The position numbers and the translations under genes are program-made. Under the pieces are notes generated by a model. It saw only the letters and a program-made list of their open reading frames with translations, did no database searches and was not told where the DNA came from. This document shows, piece by piece, positions 19,116-26,603 of a DNA stretch of 32,000 nt. This DNA comes from Synechococcus elongatus PCC 6301 (GTDB lineage: Bacteria; Cyanobacteriota; Cyanobacteriia; Synechococcales; Synechococcaceae): NCBI RefSeq assembly GCF_000010065.1, contig NC_006576.1, forward strand, positions 2,130,001 through 2,162,000. Direction: 5' to 3'. How positions within the stretch are numbered: the first letter of the stretch is position 1; each line of letters opens with the position of its first letter.

Positions 19116-19883
19116 TTAAGGTCTTGTGGGGATTTGCGCCGATCGCAGGTGGTCTTTGATTTCAGCGATGGTGAGCTGGCCGTAGTGTAGGAGCGAGGCT
19201 AGCAGTGCTGCTTCGGCGTGCCCGGTGCGAAAGGCTTCAGCAATGTCTTCGCAGGTGCCTGCACCGCCGGAGGCAATCACGGGAATTTCAACGCGATCGG
19301 CGATCGCACGGGTCAGCTCCAAGTCGTAGCCTGCCTGAGTACCATCGGCATCCATGCTTGTGACCAGCAACTCGCCCGCGCCGTTACGGGCGACGGTTTC
19401 TGCCCAAGTCAGGGCATCAATCCCAGTGTTTTCGCGGCCACCGCGCACATAGACATCCCAACCCGGATTGTCGGGATCTGTGCGACGACGGGCATCGATC
19501 GCCACCACAATGCACTGACTCCCGAAGCGATCGCTGGCACGACGAATCAGATCGGGGTCACGCGCAGCAGCAGAGTTAATGCTGACCTTATCGGCTCCAG
19601 CCCGTGGCAATTGTCGGATCGTCTCAAGGTCATTAATGCCGCCGCTCACGGTCAGCGGAATGAAGACTTGCTCGGCAGTCCGATAGACCACATCCACCAA
19701 GATCTGACGCTCTTCATGGGTAGCCGCGATATCGAGGAAGACCAGCTCATCGGCACCGGCTGCATCGTAGGCCTGCGCGAGTTCAACCGGATCACCCGCA
19801 TCGCGCAAATCAACAAAGTTGACCCCTTTGACAACACGCCCCGCTTTGACATCGAGGCAGGGCAAAATGCGCTTGGCAAGCAT
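19116..19883 (-). CDS. hisF: imidazole glycerol phosphate synthase, cyclase subunit
   Basis: 255 aa. It has the N-terminal [23 protein letters not shown] and the (beta/alpha)8 HisF pattern throughout ([22 protein letters not shown]). Confidence 0.95.
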   Translation of the reverse strand: MLAKRILPCLDVKAGRVVKGVNFVDLRDAGDPVELAQAYDAAGADELVFLDIAATHEERQILVDVVYRTAEQVFIPLTVSGGINDLETIRQLPRAGADKVSINSAAARDPDLIRRASDRFGSQCIVVAIDARRRTDPDNPGWDVYVRGGRENTGIDALTWAETVARNGAGELLVTSMDADGTQAGYDLELTRAIADRVEIPVIASGGAGTCEDIAEAFRTGHAEAALLASLLHYGQLTIAEIKDHLRSAQIPTRP

Positions 19884-20040
19884 GGGGTCCGACTAGAGCA
19901 GCAACTTCTCTCCACTCTACGATTTGGACCAAGGGCTGCGATCGCTTGGCCTAGGGCGGAGGGTCCGTCTTCGCAACCAGCGGTGTCGGGGGAAACAGGC
20001 TGATAGACTGAAAAGCGGCCTATGTACAGACGACTCAATC

Positions 20041-20241
20041 ATGGAGATTGGACAAAAAGTTCGGGTTCGCCGCATCCGCGATCGCGTGCCTGCAGAATTG
20101 GTGAGCCGTTTGCAACAATCTCCGGTCGGCGTGATCAAGGCGTTCAAGATTGTCGATGGCAAAGGTCTGGGCGTCATTGTCCAGTTTGGCAACGACTTCA
20201 GCACTTGGTTCTTTGAAGACGAAGTTCAACTCGAAGCCTAG
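20041..20241 (+). CDS. small conserved cyanobacterial/plastid-lineage protein (DUF2862-like)
   Basis: ATG 20041 gives 66 aa: MEIGQKVRVRRIRDRVPAELVSRLQQSPVGVIKAFKIVDGKGLGVIVQFGNDFSTWFFEDEVQLEA. This pattern matches my memory of the DUF2862 family. The track ORF (19924, TTG) adds an Arg/Gly-rich non-conserved extension. Confidence 0.7.
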   Translation: MEIGQKVRVRRIRDRVPAELVSRLQQSPVGVIKAFKIVDGKGLGVIVQFGNDFSTWFFEDEVQLEA

Positions 20242-20272
20242 GGGCTAAGGTGCGGGGTCTCAGCGGGCCAGC

Positions 20273-21349
20273 ATGACTCAAATTCTTTCGTTCCTGGGTA
20301 AGGGCGGTAGTGGTCGAACAACGGCTGCGATCGCCCTTGCTCGTCAGTCGGCTGCCAGCGGTGCTCGGACCTTGGTGCTGAGTTTGGGCAGTGATCCGTC
20401 GCCAGATATGTTGCTGGACAAAGATTTGGTGGCAACACCGACCGTGATCTCGCCCAACTTGGAGGCGGTACGAATTCCGTCTACGGTAGCGATCGGCAAG
20501 GGATGGGAAGAATTACAAGCCCTTGAAGGTCAGTATCTGAAGACACCCTTCCTCCGCAACATTTACAGTTCTGAGCTGGCCCTGTTGCCGGGCTTTGAGC
20601 CTTTATTACTGCTGACGGAATTGCGGCGTTGGCTCGAGCAAGGCTACGACCGGATTTGCCTTGATGGCCTCTCTAGTCCAGAACTACTGCGCCTTTGGGG
20701 CGTTCCTGAGAGTTTGGATTGGTATCTGCGGCGCTTTCGAGGGGCGATCGCCGATTCAGAGTTTGGTCGGAATTTAGGGCCGTTTTTACCTGCTTTATCT
20801 GCGGCGGTCTTTAGTGTTGGCCTCAGTCTTGATGACTGGGGACCGGCGGCTCGCCTGCTAGAAACATCGCTCGAACAAGGGCGATCGCTCTTGGCCGATC
20901 CGCGCAAAGCAATGGCGATTCTGACCACGCGCAGCGATCGCGTCTCGCAGGCCGTGGCTTTGCAATGGTGGGGGGCGGCGCAACCGATTGGTTTACGTGT
21001 CGGTGCCGTACTCGCTAGCGAGAGTTCAGGCTTGGACGACCTCAAGCGCGACTTTGCGCCCTTGCCCGTTTTTTCACTGAGTTCTGCCGCGTCTGATTCG
21101 GTGCTGCCCAGCTTTGATGTCTTGAATCATGCCCCGGAGCCACTGAGTATCGATTTGCAGGCGCGACAGATTCGGTTGTTCTTGCCGGGCCTCGCCAAAG
21201 AAGCGGTCAAACTCTCGCAATCCGGCCCAGAGATTACCATTGAAGCCGGCGATCAGCGGCGTAATTTACGGTTGCCGGTTGCCCTGCAAGGACGAGCTGT
21301 GACTTCGGCTCGTTTCCAAGAGCAGTCTTTGATCCTGTCCTTTCAATAG
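20273..21349 (+). CDS. ArsA/Get3-like P-loop protein with a C-terminal HSP20/alpha-crystallin-like domain (Get3d-type), catalytic motifs degenerate
   Basis: 358 aa. The deviant Walker A is GKGGSGRTT (20297-20323), with Arg where ArsA/Get3 has the GK[ST] Lys. The position of the DTAPTGHTLRLL switch II reads DGLSSPELLRLW (20663-20692). The last ~90 aa (LSIDLQARQIRLFLPGLAKEAVKLSQSGPEITIEAGDQRRNLRLP...ARFQEQSLILSF) look like the ArsA-HSP20 domain. Confidence 0.85.
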   Translation: MTQILSFLGKGGSGRTTAAIALARQSAASGARTLVLSLGSDPSPDMLLDKDLVATPTVISPNLEAVRIPSTVAIGKGWEELQALEGQYLKTPFLRNIYSSELALLPGFEPLLLLTELRRWLEQGYDRICLDGLSSPELLRLWGVPESLDWYLRRFRGAIADSEFGRNLGPFLPALSAAVFSVGLSLDDWGPAARLLETSLEQGRSLLADPRKAMAILTTRSDRVSQAVALQWWGAAQPIGLRVGAVLASESSGLDDLKRDFAPLPVFSLSSAASDSVLPSFDVLNHAPEPLSIDLQARQIRLFLPGLAKEAVKLSQSGPEITIEAGDQRRNLRLPVALQGRAVTSARFQEQSLILSFQ

Positions 21350-21361
21350 TTAGCGGTCGCG

Positions 21362-21505
21362 ATGTCTGAGCAACCCGTTACGCCTCCCGCGATCGAAGAC
21401 ATTGCCCCTGAGGATACTGCCAGCGGAGCGAAGGCGCGCCAACTCCTTGGCATGAAAGGGGCGCAAGCCGGAGAAACGTCGACCTGGAAGATTCGGCTGC
21501 AATAG
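21362..21505 (+). other. chlG: orphaned N-terminal segment of chlG: 47 sense codons ending in an in-frame TAG
   Basis: ATG 21362 opens MSEQPVTPPAIEDIAPEDTASGAKARQLLGMKGAQAGETSTWKIRLQ*, in the same frame as the chlG ORF that begins at the very next codon. The segment AKARQLLGMKGA...WKIRLQ matches the conserved N-terminal region I recall from Synechocystis ChlG (…AKARQLLGMKGA…WKIRLQLMKPITW…). Confidence 0.7.
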
Positions 21506-22381
21506 ATGAAGCCGATCACTTGGATTCCCTTGATTTGGGGTGTGGTGTGTGGTGCGGCTGCTTCTGGCGGCTATGAATGGCGCTTCGATCATGTCTTGAT
21601 TGCCGCAGCCTGCATGTTGATGTCGGGGCCGTTACTGACTGGTTACACCCAGACCATTAACGACTACTACGATCGCGAAATTGATGCGATCAACGAACCC
21701 TATCGACCGATTCCGTCCGGTGCGATTTCCCTGAGTCAAGTGCAGGCCCAAATCTGGGTGCTATTATTGGCGGGAATTGCGATCGCTTTTGGACTGGATC
21801 GCTGGGCCAATCACGACTTCCCGATCATCACTGCTTTGGCGATCGGCGGCTCGTTTGTCTCCTATATCTATTCCGCTCCGCCCCTGAAACTCAAACAAAA
21901 TGGTTGGCTGGGGAACTACGCCTTGGGTGCCAGTTACATCGCTCTGCCTTGGTGGGCGGGTCAAGCCCTATTCGGCCAACTGAGCTGGACGATTGTAGTC
22001 GTCACCTTGGTCTATAGCTTGGCTGGACTCGGGATCGCTGTTGTCAACGACTTCAAGAGTGTCGAAGGCGATCGCGCCTTGGGCCTAAAGTCTCTGCCGG
22101 TTTCCTTTGGTATCCAAACCGCCTCTTGGATTTGCGTGTTGATGATCGACCTGTTCCAGTTGGCGGCAGCCGGCTATTTGGTTGCGATCGGTCAGAATCT
22201 CTACGCGGCCATCTTGGTGCTGCTGATCATTCCGCAGATTACCTTCCAGGACATGTATTTCCTGCGTGATCCGCTGGGTAATGATGTCAAATATCAAGCT
22301 AGTGCTCAGCCGTTCTTAGTTCTCGGTATGTTGGTCACGGCGCTGGCGATCGGTCATAGCACAGTCGCAACTGTGTTCTAA
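21506..22381 (+). CDS. chlG: chlorophyll a synthase (UbiA-family prenyltransferase), as an uninterrupted ORF
   Basis: 291 aa from ATG 21506 (MKPITWIPLIWGVVCGAA...). It contains the UbiA Asp-rich motif INDYYDREIDAINEP and a second motif VNDFKSVEGD, with multiple TM helices. Joined to the upstream segment across the TAG, the frame would be 339 codons. Confidence 0.9.
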   Translation: MKPITWIPLIWGVVCGAAASGGYEWRFDHVLIAAACMLMSGPLLTGYTQTINDYYDREIDAINEPYRPIPSGAISLSQVQAQIWVLLLAGIAIAFGLDRWANHDFPIITALAIGGSFVSYIYSAPPLKLKQNGWLGNYALGASYIALPWWAGQALFGQLSWTIVVVTLVYSLAGLGIAVVNDFKSVEGDRALGLKSLPVSFGIQTASWICVLMIDLFQLAAAGYLVAIGQNLYAAILVLLIIPQITFQDMYFLRDPLGNDVKYQASAQPFLVLGMLVTALAIGHSTVATVF

Positions 22382-22435
22382 TTCTCCACGTTCACTGAAC
22401 TGACTGTGTCTGAAGTCCCTGGGTGACGCGATCGC

Positions 22436-23107
22436 TCAGGGACTATTGATAATGGCCCGATTGATAAAGCCAATCGTAGCTTCGCCCAATCCATTCAAAA
22501 TGAACTGAACTCCGATTGCCGCTAGCATTAATCCCAAAAGACGGGAGGTAATTTCTAATCCGAGATCACCCAAGATCCGCTCGAACCAGCTGGCAACTGA
22601 AAGCGTGAGCCAACTCACTATACAAATAGCAATGACTGCGCCAATTAAGCCCAAGTTGGTTGCTAGGTTATTGGCTAAATTGCCGTAAAGAACAGCGGTG
22701 CTAATTGAGGCAGGGCCGACAAAGATCGGGATACCTAAAGGGATGAAAAAAGATTGATAGACGGTTTCCGCTCGACGAAACGCGCTCTTAATCCCAATGT
22801 CAGCAAGCTTTTGGTTGGCTTTCGTGCGATCGCCTTGAATCATGTTGATACCAATCAGCAGCAAAATGATGCCGCCGGCAATCCGAAAAGCGGCCAAAGA
22901 AATCCCGAAGAAGCGAAGGATGGCGGTGCCGCTCAGCAGGAACACTAGCTGAGAAATAAAAACTGTCAGCACTAAAAAGAGAGCAAGCAGACGTTGAACC
23001 GAAGGCTTTTCCTTGCCCACGTAGCTGATGAAGATGGGAAGATTGCCCAGAGGGTTGGTGACGGCAAAGAGAGCGACTGCAAAATTCAGCACTAAGGGCC
23101 AATTCAT
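22436..23107 (-). CDS. MarC-family integral membrane protein
   Basis: ATG 23107 gives 223 aa starting MNWPLVLNFAVALFAVTNPLGNLPIFISY, which is the typical MarC/UPF0056 N-terminal motif. The track start at 23191 adds 28 non-hydrophobic residues. Confidence 0.85.
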   Translation of the reverse strand: MNWPLVLNFAVALFAVTNPLGNLPIFISYVGKEKPSVQRLLALFLVLTVFISQLVFLLSGTAILRFFGISLAAFRIAGGIILLLIGINMIQGDRTKANQKLADIGIKSAFRRAETVYQSFFIPLGIPIFVGPASISTAVLYGNLANNLATNLGLIGAVIAICIVSWLTLSVASWFERILGDLGLEITSRLLGLMLAAIGVQFILNGLGEATIGFINRAIINSP

Positions 23108-23456
23108 AGCAACTTTGGCCAAGTGAATAAGTTCAAGCGCTTGAAGACTCCGATTGCAAACTTCGGGGCGGGAAGCGCGGTATATGCTCAACCCCTCGTT
23201 CTACTCTGCCATCAATCCCTCAGGCCTGATTGGCCAACAACCCTGTTCTGAGCAGTAGAGTTCTCGCCCGAACTGAGAACAGAAGAAAAGCTTTCAGTCG
23301 TGTTTAGGACGTAGCGATCGCCCTACAGTGCTATCAGAGCGCGAGCCCTCAGGTGCGCTCCCGGACGCTGATTTGCCCATCTGCACGCTTCCTTGGCCGG
23401 AGGTCGAGCCACCTGCACTCTGACAATGGCTGCTGGCACAGCAGCAGGGGAGCTCT

Positions 23457-25445
23457 ATGCAAGATCACAAGCTGGGTCGCCGCAATATTGCGATCGTAGG
23501 GCCTTATGGCTCTGGTAAAACCAGTCTGCTAGAAAGTCTGCTGGCGGAACTCGGGGCAATCAATCGGCCGGGTCGCGTCGATGCTGGTAATACGGTCGGC
23601 GATAGCTCGCCCGAAGCGCGATCGCGGCAAATGACCGTTGAGATCAATGTTGCTAATACTGACAGTCTGACCTTCTTGGACTGTCCAGGTTCGGTGGAAT
23701 TCCAGCAGGAAACCTGGAACGCTTTGATTGGGGTTGATGGGGCGATTGTTGTCTGCGAAGCCGATCCCGATCGCGCCTTGACCCTCGCCCCGATTTTCCA
23801 CTTTCTCGACAGTTGGGAAATTCCCCACTGCGTCTTTATCAACAAGCTCGAGCGGGCAACGGAAGCGCGTTGGCAAGCCACCCTCGATAGCCTGCGCAGC
23901 TGCTGTAGCCGGCCACTGGTGGCGCAGCAGTATCCCTTATTCCAAGGCGATCGCGCCGTGGGCTTTGTCGATCTGATCTCTGAGCAGTCCCATTCCTTTG
24001 GCGAAGCGCTCAACCTGCCGCTATCGATGGCAGAGTCCGTAGCTCGCAACACGCTGCTGGAAACTTTGGCCGACTACGACGACCATTTACTTGAGGAACT
24101 ACTGGAAGAAATTGAGCCGCCCGTTGAAGAAATCTTGGACGATCTGCGTCAAGACGTCAGTGCCGATCTGATTGTGCCGGTGTTGACGGGGAGCGCTCAG
24201 TTGTACTGGGGAATCTCAGCACTATTAGCAGCGCTGCAGCAGGAGATGCCGACCCCAGCGGAGACGGTGCAACATCGCCGCCTGATTCCCTGCGATCGCC
24301 CAGTGGCGCAAGTCCTGAAAACCTTCTTTCATCCCCAGGCGGGCAAACTCTCCCTCATTCGACTCTGGCAGGGTGAGCTGCAGGAAGGCGATACCTTGGA
24401 TGGCGATCGCCCCAGTGGCATTTACCGGATGATGGGCGATCAGTTGCAATCGGTGCAGCAGGCTCGCAGTGGCGAGATTGTGGCCCTGGGCCGGATGGAA
24501 TCAGCCCTGACTGGCGACAGTCTTGGCTTGGATGCTGTCGATAGTCCGTTGCCACGGGTCGCGATTCAGACGCCGGTTTATGCTCTGGCACTCACGCCCG
24601 AGCGGCGCAGTGATGAAGTCAAACTCGGCAATTGTCTGCGTCGTCTTCAAGAAGAAGATCCGTCTCTGCAGTGGGAACAGCACGGCGATACCCATGAGGT
24701 GATCCTCTGGGGACAAGGTGAAATTCATCTGCAAGTGGCTCTCGATCGCTTGCGCCGCAAGTACAACCTGCCGATGAGCACACACCTGCCGCAGGTGCCC
24801 TTCCGCGAAACGATTCGCAGCGCGGTCAGTGGCGTCCACGGGCGCTATAAACACCAGACCGGCGGCCATGGTCAGTTTGGCGATGTCTATCTCGACATCC
24901 AACCGCTGCCTCGGGGTGAAGGCTTCCGCTTCCAAGAAACGGTTGTCGGTGGCGTGGTGCCGCGCCAGTACATTCCTGGGGTCGAATCGGGAGTGCGCGA
25001 ATTTCTGGAACGCGGGCCGCTGGGTTTCCCCTTAGTGGATGTGGAAGTGACACTGACCCATGGGTCGTACCACAGCGTCGATAGCTCCGAGCAGGCTTTC
25101 CGGCAGGCAGCTCGCTTGGCGATGCAGTCCGGCATTCCGGCAGCAGAACCGCTGCTACTGGAGCCGATCCTGCAAGTCGAACTCTTCGCCCCAGCGGTGT
25201 TTACCTCCTCTATGCTGCGGTTGCTGAGCGGTCATCGTGGCCAAATCCTTGGCTATGAGTCCTGCGACAACCGCGAGGGTTGGGATCAGGTCAGTGCTTA
25301 TCTGCCTCAAGCCGAAATGCAGGCCCTTGGTATTGAGTTGCGATCGGTGACTCAGGGCGTGGGCTTCTTCCACTGGCGGCATAGCCACCTCGCGGAGGTT
25401 CCAGAACGGCTGCAGCAACAGCTCCTGAGCGATCGCAGTCAATAG
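23457..25445 (+). CDS. elongation factor G-like translational GTPase paralogue (divergent G domain)
   Basis: 662 aa with EF-G five-domain length and collinearity. G1 is GPYGSGKT. G3 is DCPGS (23679-23693; canonical DTPGH). G4 is NKLE (23841-23852; canonical NKMD). G5 is GSA. Domain IV/V-like sequences are retained (HGRYKHQTGGHGQFGDV, GVVPRQYIPGVE). Confidence 0.88.
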   Translation: MQDHKLGRRNIAIVGPYGSGKTSLLESLLAELGAINRPGRVDAGNTVGDSSPEARSRQMTVEINVANTDSLTFLDCPGSVEFQQETWNALIGVDGAIVVCEADPDRALTLAPIFHFLDSWEIPHCVFINKLERATEARWQATLDSLRSCCSRPLVAQQYPLFQGDRAVGFVDLISEQSHSFGEALNLPLSMAESVARNTLLETLADYDDHLLEELLEEIEPPVEEILDDLRQDVSADLIVPVLTGSAQLYWGISALLAALQQEMPTPAETVQHRRLIPCDRPVAQVLKTFFHPQAGKLSLIRLWQGELQEGDTLDGDRPSGIYRMMGDQLQSVQQARSGEIVALGRMESALTGDSLGLDAVDSPLPRVAIQTPVYALALTPERRSDEVKLGNCLRRLQEEDPSLQWEQHGDTHEVILWGQGEIHLQVALDRLRRKYNLPMSTHLPQVPFRETIRSAVSGVHGRYKHQTGGHGQFGDVYLDIQPLPRGEGFRFQETVVGGVVPRQYIPGVESGVREFLERGPLGFPLVDVEVTLTHGSYHSVDSSEQAFRQAARLAMQSGIPAAEPLLLEPILQVELFAPAVFTSSMLRLLSGHRGQILGYESCDNREGWDQVSAYLPQAEMQALGIELRSVTQGVGFFHWRHSHLAEVPERLQQQLLSDRSQ

Positions 25446-25524
25446 ACGATTCAGCGATCGCCCCCTAGAGCGACCCGGCTGCCTCACGCCTCGGCGATAA
25501 TGGGCAGGAAAGGCCGGGCGCTCT

Positions 25525-26475
25525 ATGGTGTTTTTTAGCGTCGTTGTCCCCACCTACAACCGTCGTCCCATTCTGGAAAAATGTCTGCGTGCTCTCGAGC
25601 AGCAGCAAATTTCAGCTGAGACAGCGATCGCGGGCTATGAAGTCGTGGTGGTTGATGACGGATCCACGGATGGCACGGTGGACTGGCTGAAAGCGCAAGC
25701 CTCCGAATTTCCGCACGTCCGTTTGTTTGAGCAGGATCATCAAGGCCCCGCTCGAGCGCGTAACTTGGGGGTCCAGCAAGCCCAAGGCGACACGATCATC
25801 TTTATCGATAGCGACTTGGTGGTGACGCCGCCTTTCTTGCAGGCTCACGCTACAGGCTTGGAAAAAGGGCGACAACGCCTTGGCAGCGATCGCTGCTTTA
25901 CCTACGGCGCGGTGATCAATACCTGTAACTTCGATAACCCGACAGCGGAACCGTTCAAAGTGACGGACTTTTCCAACGCTTACTTTGCAACGGGCAACGT
26001 CGCGATCGCCCGTCACTGGTTGGAGACTGCGGGACTGTTTGATACCGCCTTTCAGCTCTATGGCTGGGAGGATTTGGAACTGGGGGTTCGCCTTAAGAAC
26101 CTGGGGCTAAAGCTCATTCGTTGTCCAGAAGCTGTTGGCTATCACTGGCATCCGCCCTTTAGCTTGGAGCAAATTCCCAAGCTGATCGATCAGGAATCCC
26201 AGCGAGGCCGCATGGGAGTGCTCTTTTACCAGAAGCATCCGACTTGGGAAGTGCGGCTGATGATTCAGATGACCTGGCTGCACCGCTTGCTCTGGGGCAC
26301 GCTTTCGCTCGGCGGATTCTTGAATGAGCGAACTTTGCGACCGCTGTTGGCTTGGTTGTTGAAGCGCGATCGCCCACAACTGGCGCTGGAAATCGCCCGC
26401 ATTTTCCTGAACTGGAACAACGTCCGCAGCGTTTACGCCGCCTATCGGGAATCTCAAGGCTTAGCCTCTTCCTGA
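25525..26475 (+). CDS. family 2 glycosyltransferase
   Basis: 316 aa with the GT-A motifs FSVVVPTYNRRP, VVDDGSTDGT and FIDSD (DxD). Confidence 0.85.
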   Translation: MVFFSVVVPTYNRRPILEKCLRALEQQQISAETAIAGYEVVVVDDGSTDGTVDWLKAQASEFPHVRLFEQDHQGPARARNLGVQQAQGDTIIFIDSDLVVTPPFLQAHATGLEKGRQRLGSDRCFTYGAVINTCNFDNPTAEPFKVTDFSNAYFATGNVAIARHWLETAGLFDTAFQLYGWEDLELGVRLKNLGLKLIRCPEAVGYHWHPPFSLEQIPKLIDQESQRGRMGVLFYQKHPTWEVRLMIQMTWLHRLLWGTLSLGGFLNERTLRPLLAWLLKRDRPQLALEIARIFLNWNNVRSVYAAYRESQGLASS

Positions 26476-26531
26476 GTGGCGATCGCGCCTGATTTTCACT
26501 GGCACGCGGTCGCTATCAACACGATCAACAG

Positions 26532-26569
26532 AGCCCTAGCTTCCCTCTTAACTGAAGTGAGCTAGGGCT
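26532..26569. terminator. hairpin between convergent GT2 and xpk genes (possible bidirectional terminator)
   Basis: A perfect 10-bp inverted repeat, AGCCCTAGCT (26532-26541) / AGCTAGGGCT (26560-26569), with an 18-nt loop. The flanks are only weakly T/A-rich, so terminator function is uncertain. Confidence 0.45.
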
Positions 26570-26603
26570 ATTACTTTGAGTTGCTATCCAGAAGAATGGC
26601 TAT

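Noticed and set aside
18700-19119. 139-aa + strand ORF competing with the 104-aa minus-strand membrane protein
   Set aside because: It is Pro/Ser/Arg-rich and its 3' end (19116-19119) overlaps the hisF stop region. The minus-strand frame encodes two clean TM helices and is co-oriented with hisF. Still, neither is proven.
19218-20003. 261-aa ORF on the + strand, antisense to hisF. Similar long antisense ORFs occur at 419-790, 11140-11607, 14018-14521, 14689-15129, 23504-24052, 24501-24935, 25612-26016 and 26107-26457.
   Set aside because: Each lies opposite a gene with clear family motifs. Their products are Arg/Pro/Gly/Ser-rich and low in complexity, as expected from the antisense frames of GC-rich, HIP1-laden coding DNA. 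None shows a recognisable motif.
21350-21592. 80-aa minus-strand ORF across the chlG 5' region
   Set aside because: It is antisense to a segment whose + strand translation matches the conserved ChlG N-terminus. The product is Arg-rich with no motif.
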